Shown one piece after another: positions 29,905-39,723 of a stretch of DNA of 64,000 bases (positions within the stretch are counted from its first letter, which is position 1; every line of letters begins with the position of its first letter). A program made the position numbers and the translations under genes. A model generated the notes under the pieces. The model saw only the letters and a list, made by a program, of their open reading frames with translations. It searched no databases and was not told where the DNA came from. Location: positions 32,001 to 96,000 of the forward strand of contig JBMNFY010000010.1 of NCBI GenBank assembly GCA_050949565.1, read 5' to 3'. Source of the DNA: Kiritimatiellia bacterium (lineage in GTDB: Bacteria; Verrucomicrobiota; Kiritimatiellia; RFP12; UBA1067).

Positions 29905-30102
29905 TTGGTTGTTAGTGCCTTACGGCTCAACAAGCACGACGAATTCGAGGGGCATCAAGAGGGATACGGCGTGAAGGAAATCAAGGCACAGTTTCAGGGA
30001 GACCTGACGCTTTCGGGTGGGGTGGATCTTGCCGGTGACATCACCGTTGGCGAGAACGGCTGGATTGTTCCTTCTCCAGGGCTTTCCATTATCATCAGGT
30101 GA
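29905..30102 (+). pseudogene. Probable orphan C-terminal fragment ending PGLSIIIR
   Basis: No RBS or signal peptide; ends in the same terminal motif as neighbouring secreted proteins. Confidence 0.45.
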
Positions 30103-30142
30103 GGGTATGAAATTCGATTCGGGAATGGAACGCCAGTGGCTC

Positions 30143-32626
30143 ATGAAGATGATATTGGTTACCGTCGCTGTGTGTGCGGCGTCTGTTGCGTTTGCTGTTT
30201 CGGATCATACGCTTACAGAGTTTCCGCGCCTTGCGGGCGAGACAGATGATGCGCCGCGCTTCCAGCGGGCGGTGGATGCCTGCTACGGTGGCGGCGTCCT
30301 CACCGTGCCGGGAGGTGACTACACCTTGGCGCAAACCGTTTTCGTGACGAACCTCTGCTCCATCGAGATGAGCGCGGGGGCTTATGTGAAGGCCGTCGCC
30401 AAGATGGATTGGATGATCAAGATCGATGCGATATGGCAGTTTAATCCACGAATCGCGCCGCAGGATGTGAATGCCGAGCGCTACAATTTGCGCTACATCG
30501 GCGGCACGCTCGATGCGGATGGCAAGGCCTCCTGTCTTGCGATTGACAACTACCGCCACTTCACACTGGAGAACGCGACATTCCTGAACGGTAAGCGGTA
30601 TGGCGTCGGCATCGAGACGACGGGACGCGGTTACGAGATGATCGCCCGCAACCTCTACTTTAAGACGCTGATCAGCGGTCTTGCGGGTAACGTCGGTCTT
30701 TACACCTACGGCGGCGACAGCCACTACACGGATATCGTCGTTGTCGACTACACGACGGGCGTCCATTTCGCGGGACGCGGCGCGAACGTCCTGACGCGCA
30801 TCCATGTGTGGGGCGGACCGATCAAGCCCGCGCGGGCAGGCGAACTTCCGGAGATGCTCAAGGAGTCCGTCTGCTTCCGCATCGACTCGTCGGGCGAAAC
30901 CCTGCGCGACTGCTATGCCGACACGGGCGAGATCGGATTTTGGGTGAATGGCTGGGAGGAGCGTCTCTTCGGGTGTCGTTACTTCAATAACACCGGCTTC
31001 AAACTGAAGAGGGTGACGATTCTCCGGCAGGATAGGGGGACGATCTGGTGCGACGGTTGCGTTTTTCAAAAAGACACGCCGGAGACGAAGCTCTATTCAG
31101 GCGCCCCCGACGCAAAGATCCGGTGGGGTGACAGCAATATCTATCGCCACTTCGGCGGTGATCCCTCCGCACCGCGCGGGAGTGAACCGACCGTGCAGCC
31201 GCTGGATGTGGATCTGGGGCGACAACTGTTCCTCGACGACCGGCTGCTCGTGACGAATTCGATGACGCGCACATGGTACCGTCCGCAGAAGTCACCCCTG
31301 AATCCCGTCCTCAAGCCCGAGACCGAGCTTGAGCGCGGCGGCAAGAAGCAGACGAACGCACTGGCATGTCCTTTTGTGGGCGGTGTTTGGTACGACGGGA
31401 CGGACAGGCTCTTCAAGTGCTATTACAATGCCGGCTGGGCACCGGGCATCGCTTACGCAATATCCAAAGACGGTCTATCGTGGGAGCGGCCGAAGCTCAA
31501 TCCGGATGGCGGAAACCTCGTCCTGCGCTGCGACGGCACACGTGACCAGTCAAGCGTGGTGATGGATCCGGTCGCAAACGACGGTTACCGTTTCAAAGCC
31601 TATCTCACAGTCTGCCGGAAAGACATCGGGGGCGAGGTGCGCCTTTCAAAGGACGGGGTGACATGGACTCCGCCTGTGCCGACTGCCGGCACGGGTGACG
31701 CGACCTCGATCTTCTACAATCCCTTCAAGCGCCAGTGGTGTTTCTCTTCACGCGGTTGGAACGAAGAAGAGGGACGCCTGCGTGACCTCGCATTTGACGC
31801 CGATTTCATCGCTGGGGCACGCGCACTACCGCGGAAGAGCCGTTGGCTTAAGGATGCCGTCGGCGGCGGCTGGAAAAAGAGCGGCTATGAACTCTACAAC
31901 ATGGACTGCATTGCATACGAGTCGGTGATGATCGGCCTCATGCAGGTGATGAAACAGCCGCAGAATGAACACTGGTCGAAACAGGGGTTGCCGAAGTCCA
32001 CATTCCTGCGCTTTGGCTACGCGCATCCGAACAACATCTGGACGTGGCAATTTCCGAAAACGGGTGAGGGGGCCGACAATGCCTTCATCGATCAGACACG
32101 CCGCTACGGCGACTGGGACATGGGATACCTCCGCTCCAATTCGGGCGTTTGCCTGATTGTCGGGGACGAGATCCGCTTTTACTACACGGGCTTTGCGGGC
32201 GACAAAGCGAAGGCGGATGACGGCCAACAGAACGTCCTCACCAGCGGTATGTATGCGAACGGAGCGATGGGCTTTGCGACGCTGCGCCGCGATGGCTTCT
32301 GTTCGCTTCAGGACGGCACCGTTGTTACGCGTCCTCTCTTTTTTACAAAAGGCGACCGGCTCTTTATCAATGCCGATGTAAAAGCCGGCGAACTTGTCAT
32401 CCGTGTCGCGCAGGACGGCAAGACCTTCGGGGAGAAGCGCTTGGCCAACGTCGATTCGACGCGGCTGGAGGTCGGCGCGCTGGAACCGCGCAAGCCGTTC
32501 ACGCTTACCTTCACGGCATCGGGTGGCGCGAAGCTCTATTCATTCTGGACCTCCGATGAGTCAGGCAAGTCGGGCGGTTATCTCGCAGGTGGCAGTCCCG
32601 ATTGCGCGATGCTGCGGGATCTGTAA
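30143..32626 (+). CDS. Secreted fusion of a pectate-lyase-like beta-helix and a five-bladed beta-propeller glycosidase-like domain
   Basis: GETDDAPRFQRAVD...VPGGDY beta-helix start; RQLFLDD, YAISKDGLSWERP and LRRDGF propeller motifs. Confidence 0.75.
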   Translation: MKMILVTVAVCAASVAFAVSDHTLTEFPRLAGETDDAPRFQRAVDACYGGGVLTVPGGDYTLAQTVFVTNLCSIEMSAGAYVKAVAKMDWMIKIDAIWQFNPRIAPQDVNAERYNLRYIGGTLDADGKASCLAIDNYRHFTLENATFLNGKRYGVGIETTGRGYEMIARNLYFKTLISGLAGNVGLYTYGGDSHYTDIVVVDYTTGVHFAGRGANVLTRIHVWGGPIKPARAGELPEMLKESVCFRIDSSGETLRDCYADTGEIGFWVNGWEERLFGCRYFNNTGFKLKRVTILRQDRGTIWCDGCVFQKDTPETKLYSGAPDAKIRWGDSNIYRHFGGDPSAPRGSEPTVQPLDVDLGRQLFLDDRLLVTNSMTRTWYRPQKSPLNPVLKPETELERGGKKQTNALACPFVGGVWYDGTDRLFKCYYNAGWAPGIAYAISKDGLSWERPKLNPDGGNLVLRCDGTRDQSSVVMDPVANDGYRFKAYLTVCRKDIGGEVRLSKDGVTWTPPVPTAGTGDATSIFYNPFKRQWCFSSRGWNEEEGRLRDLAFDADFIAGARALPRKSRWLKDAVGGGWKKSGYELYNMDCIAYESVMIGLMQVMKQPQNEHWSKQGLPKSTFLRFGYAHPNNIWTWQFPKTGEGADNAFIDQTRRYGDWDMGYLRSNSGVCLIVGDEIRFYYTGFAGDKAKADDGQQNVLTSGMYANGAMGFATLRRDGFCSLQDGTVVTRPLFFTKGDRLFINADVKAGELVIRVAQDGKTFGEKRLANVDSTRLEVGALEPRKPFTLTFTASGGAKLYSFWTSDESGKSGGYLAGGSPDCAMLRDL

Positions 32627-32637
32627 GAGGCATCGCC

Positions 32638-34452
32638 ATGAATTCCCGCGTACAGTTTTGTGAAGCATTGTTGACGCGCTTGATGGGTTTGCGCGATGCG
32701 GATACCGGCGTGTGGAGCGGCGAGTTGGCATCGAGCGCGCTCTCGACCGCGCTTGCCGCTATCGCGTTGGCAGGTGAGGACGAGGCCCACAACCGTCTGG
32801 CGGCCGACGGAGCAGCGTGGCTGGTTGCCCACGCCAATCCGGACGGCGGCTGGGGGGACACGTCGGCGAGCCCCTCCAACCTCAGCACGAGCCTGATCAG
32901 CCGTGCCGCCCTGCGTGCGTTGGCGCGGCGCGGTTTGATCAGCGGAAAGGTGTGCGAGGCCGTTATGGCACAGGCCGACGCTTGGCTTGCCGCGCGTCTG
33001 AAAGGAGTCGCGACGCCGGAGCGGATCGCGCAGGCTTTGGGTGAGGTGTACGGCGACGACCGGACCTTCGCCGTGCCGATCTTGGCGTTTCTCGCCATGT
33101 GCGACGACAAGGAGGAGGCGTGGCTGCATGTTCCGCCGCTTCCCTTTGTGCTGGCTTTGTTGCCGCAAGGGCTCTACCGCTTCTTCCGCTTGCAGGTGGT
33201 CAGCTATGCGTTGCCGGCGTTGATCGCGGTGGGCCTGTGCCGTCACATTTGTGTGGCGCGTGTGCGCGGTCGGCGGCCTGGCTGGCGTTGGCTGGCGGGC
33301 GCGTTGCTGCGACGGCTTGAAACGTTGCAGCCGTCGCACGGCGGCTTCCTCGATGCAATCCCGCTGACCGCATTCGTCTGTCTTGCATTGCAGCACGCCG
33401 GTTTTGGCGACTGTGCGGTCGCGCAAAAAGGGTATGCGTTTTTGCGTCAGTCGGTACGGACGGATGGCAGTTGGGCGATCGACTCCAACCTCCGCACATG
33501 GGTGACGTCGCTGGCGACGCGTGGCGTTGTCGCGGCGCGTTCATGGTTGCCGAACGGCGACACGCTGGTGCCACGCGCGGAACTGGAACGGATTGCCGAC
33601 TGGCTGATATCGGTTCAACTCAAGCGCCGTCATCCTTTTACTGGCGCGGCACCGGGGGGGTGGGCATGGACCGATCTGCCGGGCGGCGTTCCCGATGCCG
33701 ATGACACCTCCGGAGCGTTGGTGGCGTTGAAACGCCTGCAACAGGCGGGATGTGTGGCCGAGGTGATTCCCGCCGTTCGCGCCGGTGTGGGCTGGTTGCT
33801 CGGGTTGCAGAACCGTGACGGCGGTCTGCCGACCTTCTGTCGCGGTTGGGGGCATCTGCCGTTCGACCGGAGTTGTCCTGACATCAGCGCGCACGCATTG
33901 GCGGCATGGGCGGCGTGGCGGGATGACGACATCTGGACGCTGGACGAAAAGCGTCGTCTCGATATGGCGATACAGCATGTTGCGGAGTACCTCAAACGCG
34001 AACAGCATGCAACGGGCTGCTGGATAGCGCTCTGGTTCGGCAACCAAGAGGCGGCGCAAGGCAGAAATCCGGTGGTGGGGACGGCGCGGGTGGTGGATGC
34101 GCTGCGTGCCGTGCGGCGATTGCTGACCGAGGCCGGGATGGCGACCGAGGTGGAAGCGATGCTGTCGGCGGGAGAACGCTGGTTGATAGAGGCGCAGCAG
34201 CCAGACGGCGGCTGGAGCGCGGGCACGACCGCCACGGCCGAGGAAACGGCGCTGGCCGTGATTGCGCTGGCTGGCGGCTCGGACGCTTGTGTTGACGCGG
34301 CGCGTCGTGGCCAAGCCTGGCTAGTGGCCGCCGGGCGTGACGAAGGCTACCGGCCGTCACCCATCGGACTTTATTTTTCGTTGCTCTGGTATCACGAAAA
34401 GCTCTATCCGCTGGTGTGGCCGCTGGATGCGTTGTCGTCAGTAATCAGTTGA
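32638..34452 (+). CDS. Squalene-hopene cyclase-like terpene cyclase
   Basis: WSGELASSALST, QW-type repeats (NPDGGWG, QNRDGG, QQPDGGW), PDADDT catalytic motif. Confidence 0.85.
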   Translation: MNSRVQFCEALLTRLMGLRDADTGVWSGELASSALSTALAAIALAGEDEAHNRLAADGAAWLVAHANPDGGWGDTSASPSNLSTSLISRAALRALARRGLISGKVCEAVMAQADAWLAARLKGVATPERIAQALGEVYGDDRTFAVPILAFLAMCDDKEEAWLHVPPLPFVLALLPQGLYRFFRLQVVSYALPALIAVGLCRHICVARVRGRRPGWRWLAGALLRRLETLQPSHGGFLDAIPLTAFVCLALQHAGFGDCAVAQKGYAFLRQSVRTDGSWAIDSNLRTWVTSLATRGVVAARSWLPNGDTLVPRAELERIADWLISVQLKRRHPFTGAAPGGWAWTDLPGGVPDADDTSGALVALKRLQQAGCVAEVIPAVRAGVGWLLGLQNRDGGLPTFCRGWGHLPFDRSCPDISAHALAAWAAWRDDDIWTLDEKRRLDMAIQHVAEYLKREQHATGCWIALWFGNQEAAQGRNPVVGTARVVDALRAVRRLLTEAGMATEVEAMLSAGERWLIEAQQPDGGWSAGTTATAEETALAVIALAGGSDACVDAARRGQAWLVAAGRDEGYRPSPIGLYFSLLWYHEKLYPLVWPLDALSSVIS

Positions 34453-34504
34453 TGACAGGGATGTGCGGGGATCATGCGCTTCTGGTGAAAAGGGGGATGC
34501 GGTG

Positions 34505-34698
34505 TTTGGACATGATTATTGTGCACGCGCGGCGCGATGGCGCTAGGCAAGTGCCGGCTTACGAAATCTGCGGTGACAAGAGCCGCGCTGTGCGCGGGTC
34601 GCGGCACCGCTTTTTCTCTGCGTTACGCACGGAAACACTCCCCACTCCTACTCAAAAGCGGCGTCGCGCGGAATACCGCTCGCCGCCGCACTCCAGAT
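34505..34698. repeat. REP-like element family A, copy 3
   Basis: Matches 25063-25210 and the reverse complement of 4872-5040. Confidence 0.85.
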
Positions 34699-34861
34699 CA
34701 TTTCGCCTCGAATCTATCCGGGGAGAGATATGACTTTTTCCACACCTTTTAAGCCGCAATGCCGCACAAAGACTACTTCAGCAGTTTGCATATACCTAGC
34801 GGGCAAGCCCAAAGATTAAGGGTTCGCGGCGGGCAATATAATGTGCGCTTGACCGCAGCCG

Positions 34862-34937
34862 TCAGAACGAATATTGTTTGAGAGGCGATGGGAACTGCCC
34901 GCTCCTTCGCGAGGTAGGCTCAATAACACTGTTCGGC
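34862..34937 (+). mobile_element. Degenerate attC-like site ending in core GTTCGGC
   Basis: cagaac...gctcaataacact-GTTCGGC; L-box pairing is imperfect. Confidence 0.4.
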
Positions 34938-34959
34938 AGAAGAAGGAAAGAGAAGCAAT

Positions 34960-35187
34960 ATGAATAGACTCAAGCGTTACACAGTCAAAGCATCGTTCGG
35001 CGAGTCATACCTGATCGTCGGAGAAGCGGACGCTACCGCATGGCTTGCCGCAGTCATGGCACTCAACAATCGAGGCAAAGCCGTGGCTGAGCTGATTCGC
35101 GGCGATTCCGAGACAGATATCATGGCGAAGTGCCGTGATTGGGTGGCAAAGAATATCGAGAAGGCAGCAGTCATCACGCAACAATAA
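34960..35187 (+). CDS. Small hypothetical protein (putative cassette gene 1)
   Basis: 75-aa ORF with a purine-rich leader, starting 22 bp after the GTTCGGC core. Confidence 0.65.
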   Translation: MNRLKRYTVKASFGESYLIVGEADATAWLAAVMALNNRGKAVAELIRGDSETDIMAKCRDWVAKNIEKAAVITQQ

Positions 35188-35210
35188 GACTAACTAGAAG
35201 GAGAACGACC

Positions 35211-35734
35211 ATGGGACTCGGAGGCGCAACATAGGTGGTGTAATCGGCGGATTCATCGGCAGCATATTTGGACCAGTCGGCACTGGTGTAGGCGCGACAC
35301 TCGGCGCAATGCTGGGTGGCGCGTCAGGCGGAGAAGATAAGACTATAGACCCGATACCGGAAGGGGCAATTCATATCGAACGTGAGTCGCCCATTCTGGG
35401 CGGTGACAAGAAGTTGAGGGAAAAACTGTTTCTTGAGTATGTCGGTGGTGACATCCGCCTGATGATTGACAAAGGCACGGAAACCCCTGTACAGGTCAGT
35501 CACATCTGTTCGACAACGCAAGATAACCAGACGACTTTTTCCTTGCGCGTTCGGCGCGGAAAATCCGCGAGCGAAAACCTCTGCCTTGGCACAATCCAGG
35601 TTCAGGACATCGCTCCGGCACCATCAGGCGGGCCACAGATCAAAGTCACCCTTGCGGTAACACAGGACGCAAACATTCATCTGTACGCCATCGATACAAA
35701 TCCGGCACACGCAATCAAACTCCAAAGATCATAG
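35211..35734 (+). CDS. Glycine-zipper + Hsp70/DnaK substrate-binding-domain-like protein (one frameshift near 35230)
   Basis: AAGGAG RBS, ATG 35211; MGLGGA then shifted-frame IGGVIGGFIGSIFGPVG; STTQDNQT...LG...IAPAPSGGPQIKVT matches DnaK SBD-beta. Confidence 0.75.
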
Positions 35735-35738
35735 CAGA

Positions 35739-35781
35739 GCCGAACCAGAGCGTGAACCGAGGGTCACGCTCGACGTTCCCT
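35739..35781 (+). mobile_element. Minimal attC-like site (43 bp)
   Basis: R'' GCCGAAC, 5 bp, L'' CGTGAACC, GAG, L' GGTCACG, 6 bp, R' GTTCCCT; begins 4 bp after a stop codon. Confidence 0.6.
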
Positions 35782-36230
35782 CGCCCCTCACCTCCTGCCA
35801 TTGTCCCGGTATACCTGCCCCATGCCTGTGTCGCGCCCGTCTTCCGGCCCGACAAACGCCCATTTGAACGTGCCGGGCTTTCTGACCCACAGGCCGTGGT
35901 TGAACCGGAACGACTCGAACTTCTCCGCCATGCGCTCTGAAATCGGGTACGGCACATCCCCCGGCTTCAACAGAACAATGTGCATGCCAGGCATGTTCTT
36001 GACCGGCCAGAATCTGGCCGTTTCGGGATACCCGCCCCTGGGCATGTTGGGGTCTTGCTTCATCATCGCGGGTGGCGGCGTGACATCAGACGCGTTCCCG
36101 CCGCCTTTTTCAGCGGGCGTGGACGCCCGCGCCTGACTGCGCGCACACAAAACACGCACCCGACTCGCATGCCCCCTGCCACTAACCGACGCCACTAACC
36201 GCGGATTACAAAAATCCAAAAATCACGCGG

Positions 36231-36259
36231 TTGACAGGACCCTCAAGATTCACTACACT
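36231..36259 (+). promoter_or_regulatory. tRNA promoter
   Basis: TTGACA-17 bp-TACACT, 14 bp before the tRNA. Confidence 0.75.
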
Positions 36260-36273
36260 TCAAACACTTTTTC

Positions 36274-36349
36274 GGCGGGTTAGCTCAGTTGGTAGAGCAT
36301 CGGAATCATAATCCGCAGGTCGGGGGATCGTGACCCTCACCCGCCACCA
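36274..36349 (+). tRNA. tRNA-Met(CAT), probably elongator
   Basis: 76-nt cloverleaf, GGCGGGT/ACCCGCC acceptor stem, CAT anticodon, encoded CCA; paired G1-C72 argues against initiator and G4-C69 against Ile2. Confidence 0.92.
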
Positions 36350-36354
36350 TTTTC

Positions 36355-36389
36355 AGGGCTTGTTTACGACGGTAGACAAGCCCTTTTTT
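36355..36389 (+). terminator. Rho-independent terminator
   Basis: agggcttgt...acaagccct followed by a T-tract. Confidence 0.85.
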
Positions 36390-36444
36390 ATTTCAATCAC
36401 ACGGCATTAAGGTACAATGATAAAGCCAAAACGAGGAGAATGAA

Positions 36445-37621
36445 ATGATGCCGTTGTATGTTCATTTTGGTGCGGGGAATATCGGGCGCGCGCTGGCCGG
36501 GCCGATTTTTAGCCGGGCCGGTTATCAGGTGCTTTTTGTGGATGCGGTGCCGGAGATTGTGCGTGCGTTGCACGAGCGGCGCGAGTACCGCGTGGTCATC
36601 AAGGATACGTTGCCGCCCGGGACGCCGGACTCCTTTATGGTGACGGGGGTAGACGGTATCGATGTGCGCGATCAGGAGAGCGGTCAAGGCGGCGGTGGCC
36701 CGCGCCGATTTGATCGGTACGGCGGTGGGTGCGGCGCATCTGCCCAGTGTGCTGAACGCAATCGCGGCGGGGCTTCCGGAACGCGAAGGACGGCCGGTTT
36801 CATTGCTCTTCTGCGAGAACCTGCACGGCCTCGCCCGCATGGCGCGCGAGACGCTGAGCCGCGCATTGCCTGAGGATTTCCCGCTCGACCAGCAGGTCGG
36901 TCTGGTCGAGACCAGCATCGGCAAGATGGTGCCGTTGATGCCGCAAGAAGTGCGGCGCAATGATCCGCTGGAGGTGTGGGGGGAGGCTTACAACGCGATC
37001 ATCGCGGATCGCAACGGGTTTGTCGGGCCGGTGCCTGACGATATCGAGGGGCTATTGCTCAAGCAGTGTTTCCAGGCTTACGTCGATCGCAAGCTCTACA
37101 TCCACAATCTCGGGCACGCCACCTGCGCTTATCACGGTTACTTGCGCGGCCACGCGCTGATAGACGATGCGATGTGCGATCCCGCCGTGTTGGCCGAGAC
37201 GGAGGCGGTGATGCAGGAGTCGGCGCGTGCGTTGGCGCGGCGCTATCCGCAGGAGTTGGACGCCGCTGGATTGGCGGAGCATGTGGCGGACCTGTTGCGG
37301 CGCTTCGGTAATCAAGCGTTGGGCGACACCGTCTTCCGCGTCGGACGCGACCTGCGGCGCAAGCTGGCGCCGGGGGATCGGATGATCGGCGGACTGCGTT
37401 TGGTGCAATCCGAGCAGGGGGACATCGCGCCGGTCTGTCGCGCGATCGCCGCAGCGTTGCAGTTTGCGGCGACTGACGAAACGGGCCAGCCCTTCGCGCC
37501 TGATGTCGCCTTCCGTGTGCGTCTCGCAGAGGAGGGGGCGGAGGCGGTGCTGTGCGCGCACAGCGGTCTGGATCCCATGCGCGATGCCGCAGCGTTGCGA
37601 TTGATTGCTGCGGGAGGTTGA
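36445..37621 (+). CDS. mtlD: Mannitol-1-phosphate 5-dehydrogenase family protein (frameshift near 36680)
   Basis: HFGAGNIGR in one frame; TAVG, CEN, RKLYIHNLGHA and RVGRDLRRKL in the next frame; one extra base reconciles them. Confidence 0.85.
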
Positions 37622-37689
37622 CAAGCGGCGGGGGATTTGGGACGCTAATGCTACAGTCTGGTTTTTGAGACATACACAAGGAGACAATT

Positions 37690-38730
37690 ATGGCAAAGAA
37701 GGGTGAGATTCGCGTTGGAATCGTTGGATTCGGATTCATGGGGCGCATGCACTACGGTAACTGGAAAAAGATGAAGGGGGCGCGGGTGGTTGCGCTGTGC
37801 GACCAAAATCTGGCTCAATTCACTGCGCCTACCGCCGGCGGCAACATCGCCGGTGCGGATACGACGACCGATTACGGTGATGCGGTGATCTATGACGACT
37901 TCGACAAGATGTTGGCCGAAGCCGATCTGGACGCCATCTCGCTGACCCTGCCGACGCCGCTGCATGTGCCGCTGACCATCAAGGCGCTGCAGGCCGGTGT
38001 CAGTGTGCTATGCGAGAAGCCGATGGCCCTGAATGCCGCAGAGTGCGACAAGATGCTCAAGGCCGCGAATCGTGCACCTGAGGGCACAAAGCTGATGGTG
38101 GCACATTGCCTGCGTTTCTGGCCGTCATACGTCTATCTCAAGAAGTTGGTCGATAGCAAGAAGTACGGCAAGGTGATTGCGGCGTCGTTCCGTCGTTTCA
38201 GTGCGCCCCCCGGATGGCAGAAGGGCACGAACTGGTTCGCGGACGAGAGCAAGAGCGGCGGCATGGCGCTCGACCTGCACATTCATGACACCGATATGGT
38301 GAATTTCCTCTTTGGCATGCCCAAGGCGGTCACCAGTAGCGCGGCTTACGATAAGAATGGCGCGATGCAGTACATCTCCACGCTGTATGACGTGGGCGGT
38401 CCTGCGGTAACGGCGGAGGGGAGCTGGTGCATGACGCCCACGATGGGGTTCGAGGCCAGCTATGTCGTGACCTTCGAGAAGGCGGTGGTGATCCTTGATG
38501 GCAAGCGCGAGAAGCCGCTCTGCGTTTATCCCGCCAAAGGCGAGGCGTTTGTGCCGGCGCTGCAGGAAGGCGAGGGTTACGAGTATGAGATCAAGTGGTT
38601 CCTCGACTCGCTGAAGGGCAAGAAGGTGCCGCCCGTTATCACGGCGGAAGAGTCGCGCGATTCGGTGCGGATCGTGGATGCTGAGAAACGGTCGGCCAAG
38701 AGCGGCAAGACCGTGCGGCTGGCACCGTAA
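37690..38730 (+). CDS. Gfo/Idh/MocA-family oxidoreductase
   Basis: GIVGFGFMG, LPTPLH, CEKPMA, DLHIHD; AAGGAG RBS. Confidence 0.93.
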   Translation: MAKKGEIRVGIVGFGFMGRMHYGNWKKMKGARVVALCDQNLAQFTAPTAGGNIAGADTTTDYGDAVIYDDFDKMLAEADLDAISLTLPTPLHVPLTIKALQAGVSVLCEKPMALNAAECDKMLKAANRAPEGTKLMVAHCLRFWPSYVYLKKLVDSKKYGKVIAASFRRFSAPPGWQKGTNWFADESKSGGMALDLHIHDTDMVNFLFGMPKAVTSSAAYDKNGAMQYISTLYDVGGPAVTAEGSWCMTPTMGFEASYVVTFEKAVVILDGKREKPLCVYPAKGEAFVPALQEGEGYEYEIKWFLDSLKGKKVPPVITAEESRDSVRIVDAEKRSAKSGKTVRLAP

Positions 38731-38892
38731 CGTTAGTGCCTTACCGGCCGATAGGGCCAATAAAAACGAGTTGTTTCTCACACGAAGGGGAATGGGTTGT
38801 CATGGAAAAACCTTTGTGTCCTTTGTGCCTTTGTGTGAGATTAGATTAGGTTGCGGGCTTCGCCCGCGCTAGAAGAACGAAAGGGAAATGCA

Positions 38893-39711
38893 ATGAAGCT
38901 GTGCGGAAACAAGTGGCCGATCGGCGTGTGTAGCTGGTCGTTTCAAAAGGGTATCGACGAGATCGGGACCGCGATGACGGCGATGGGGATCAATCACATC
39001 AATCTGGCCATCGCTCCGGCACTGGGGCCCGATGGCGACGCCTATCTGGAAGCGGTGAAGCGTCAGGGCTGGGTGATTACGGCCGGCATGATGAACTACG
39101 ACTACGAGGACTACTCCACGCTGGATACGATCAAGGTCACCGGCGGTATCGCGCCCGACGAGCATTGGCCGGCGAGCGGCGAAGCCTTCGCCAAGGCCGC
39201 CAAGATCACCGCCCAACTCGGTTCATCCGCCATTCAGATGCACGTGGGCTTCTTGGATCACTCTGAGGAGGCTTACGCCAAGAAGTTTTATGACCGCGTG
39301 CGTTACCTCGGCGATGCCGCAGGCGAAGCCGGTGTGATGCTTCTTATGGAGACCGGCCAAGAGTCGGCTGAGGAACTCCAGCGGTTCGTCGAGACGCTCA
39401 ACCATCCGAACGTCATGCTGAACTTCGATCCGGCCAATCTCATCCTCTATAACAAGGATGAGCCGCTGTCGGCCTTCCGCCGTCTGGCACCGTGGGTGCG
39501 CCACGTCCACATCAAGGACGCGATCCGCACGACGAAGCCTGGGACTTGGGGCAGCGAAGTGGTGTGGGGCTCGGGTCAGGTCAACAGCTTTGCCTTCCTC
39601 GACACACTGGCTGAGTGCGGGTTCGAGGGCGCAGTCGCGATCGAGCGTGAGGCCGGCAACCAGCGCGTCAAGGACATCGCGACGGCGGTGCGCCGCCTGA
39701 TGGCGTACTAG
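38893..39711 (+). CDS. Sugar phosphate isomerase/epimerase (TIM barrel)
   Basis: METGQE, NFDPAN, HVHIKD and IERE motifs. Confidence 0.9.
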   Translation: MKLCGNKWPIGVCSWSFQKGIDEIGTAMTAMGINHINLAIAPALGPDGDAYLEAVKRQGWVITAGMMNYDYEDYSTLDTIKVTGGIAPDEHWPASGEAFAKAAKITAQLGSSAIQMHVGFLDHSEEAYAKKFYDRVRYLGDAAGEAGVMLLMETGQESAEELQRFVETLNHPNVMLNFDPANLILYNKDEPLSAFRRLAPWVRHVHIKDAIRTTKPGTWGSEVVWGSGQVNSFAFLDTLAECGFEGAVAIEREAGNQRVKDIATAVRRLMAY

Positions 39712-39723
39712 CGCCCTTCGGTT

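Noticed and set aside
35788-36219. Minus-strand 143-aa ORF upstream of the tRNA
   Set aside because: No RBS or recognisable motif and competing frames; a shorter real protein cannot be excluded but is unsupported.
36274-36400. tRNA-targeted genomic island or prophage
   Set aside because: No integrase and no duplicated tRNA 3' end were seen in the window.
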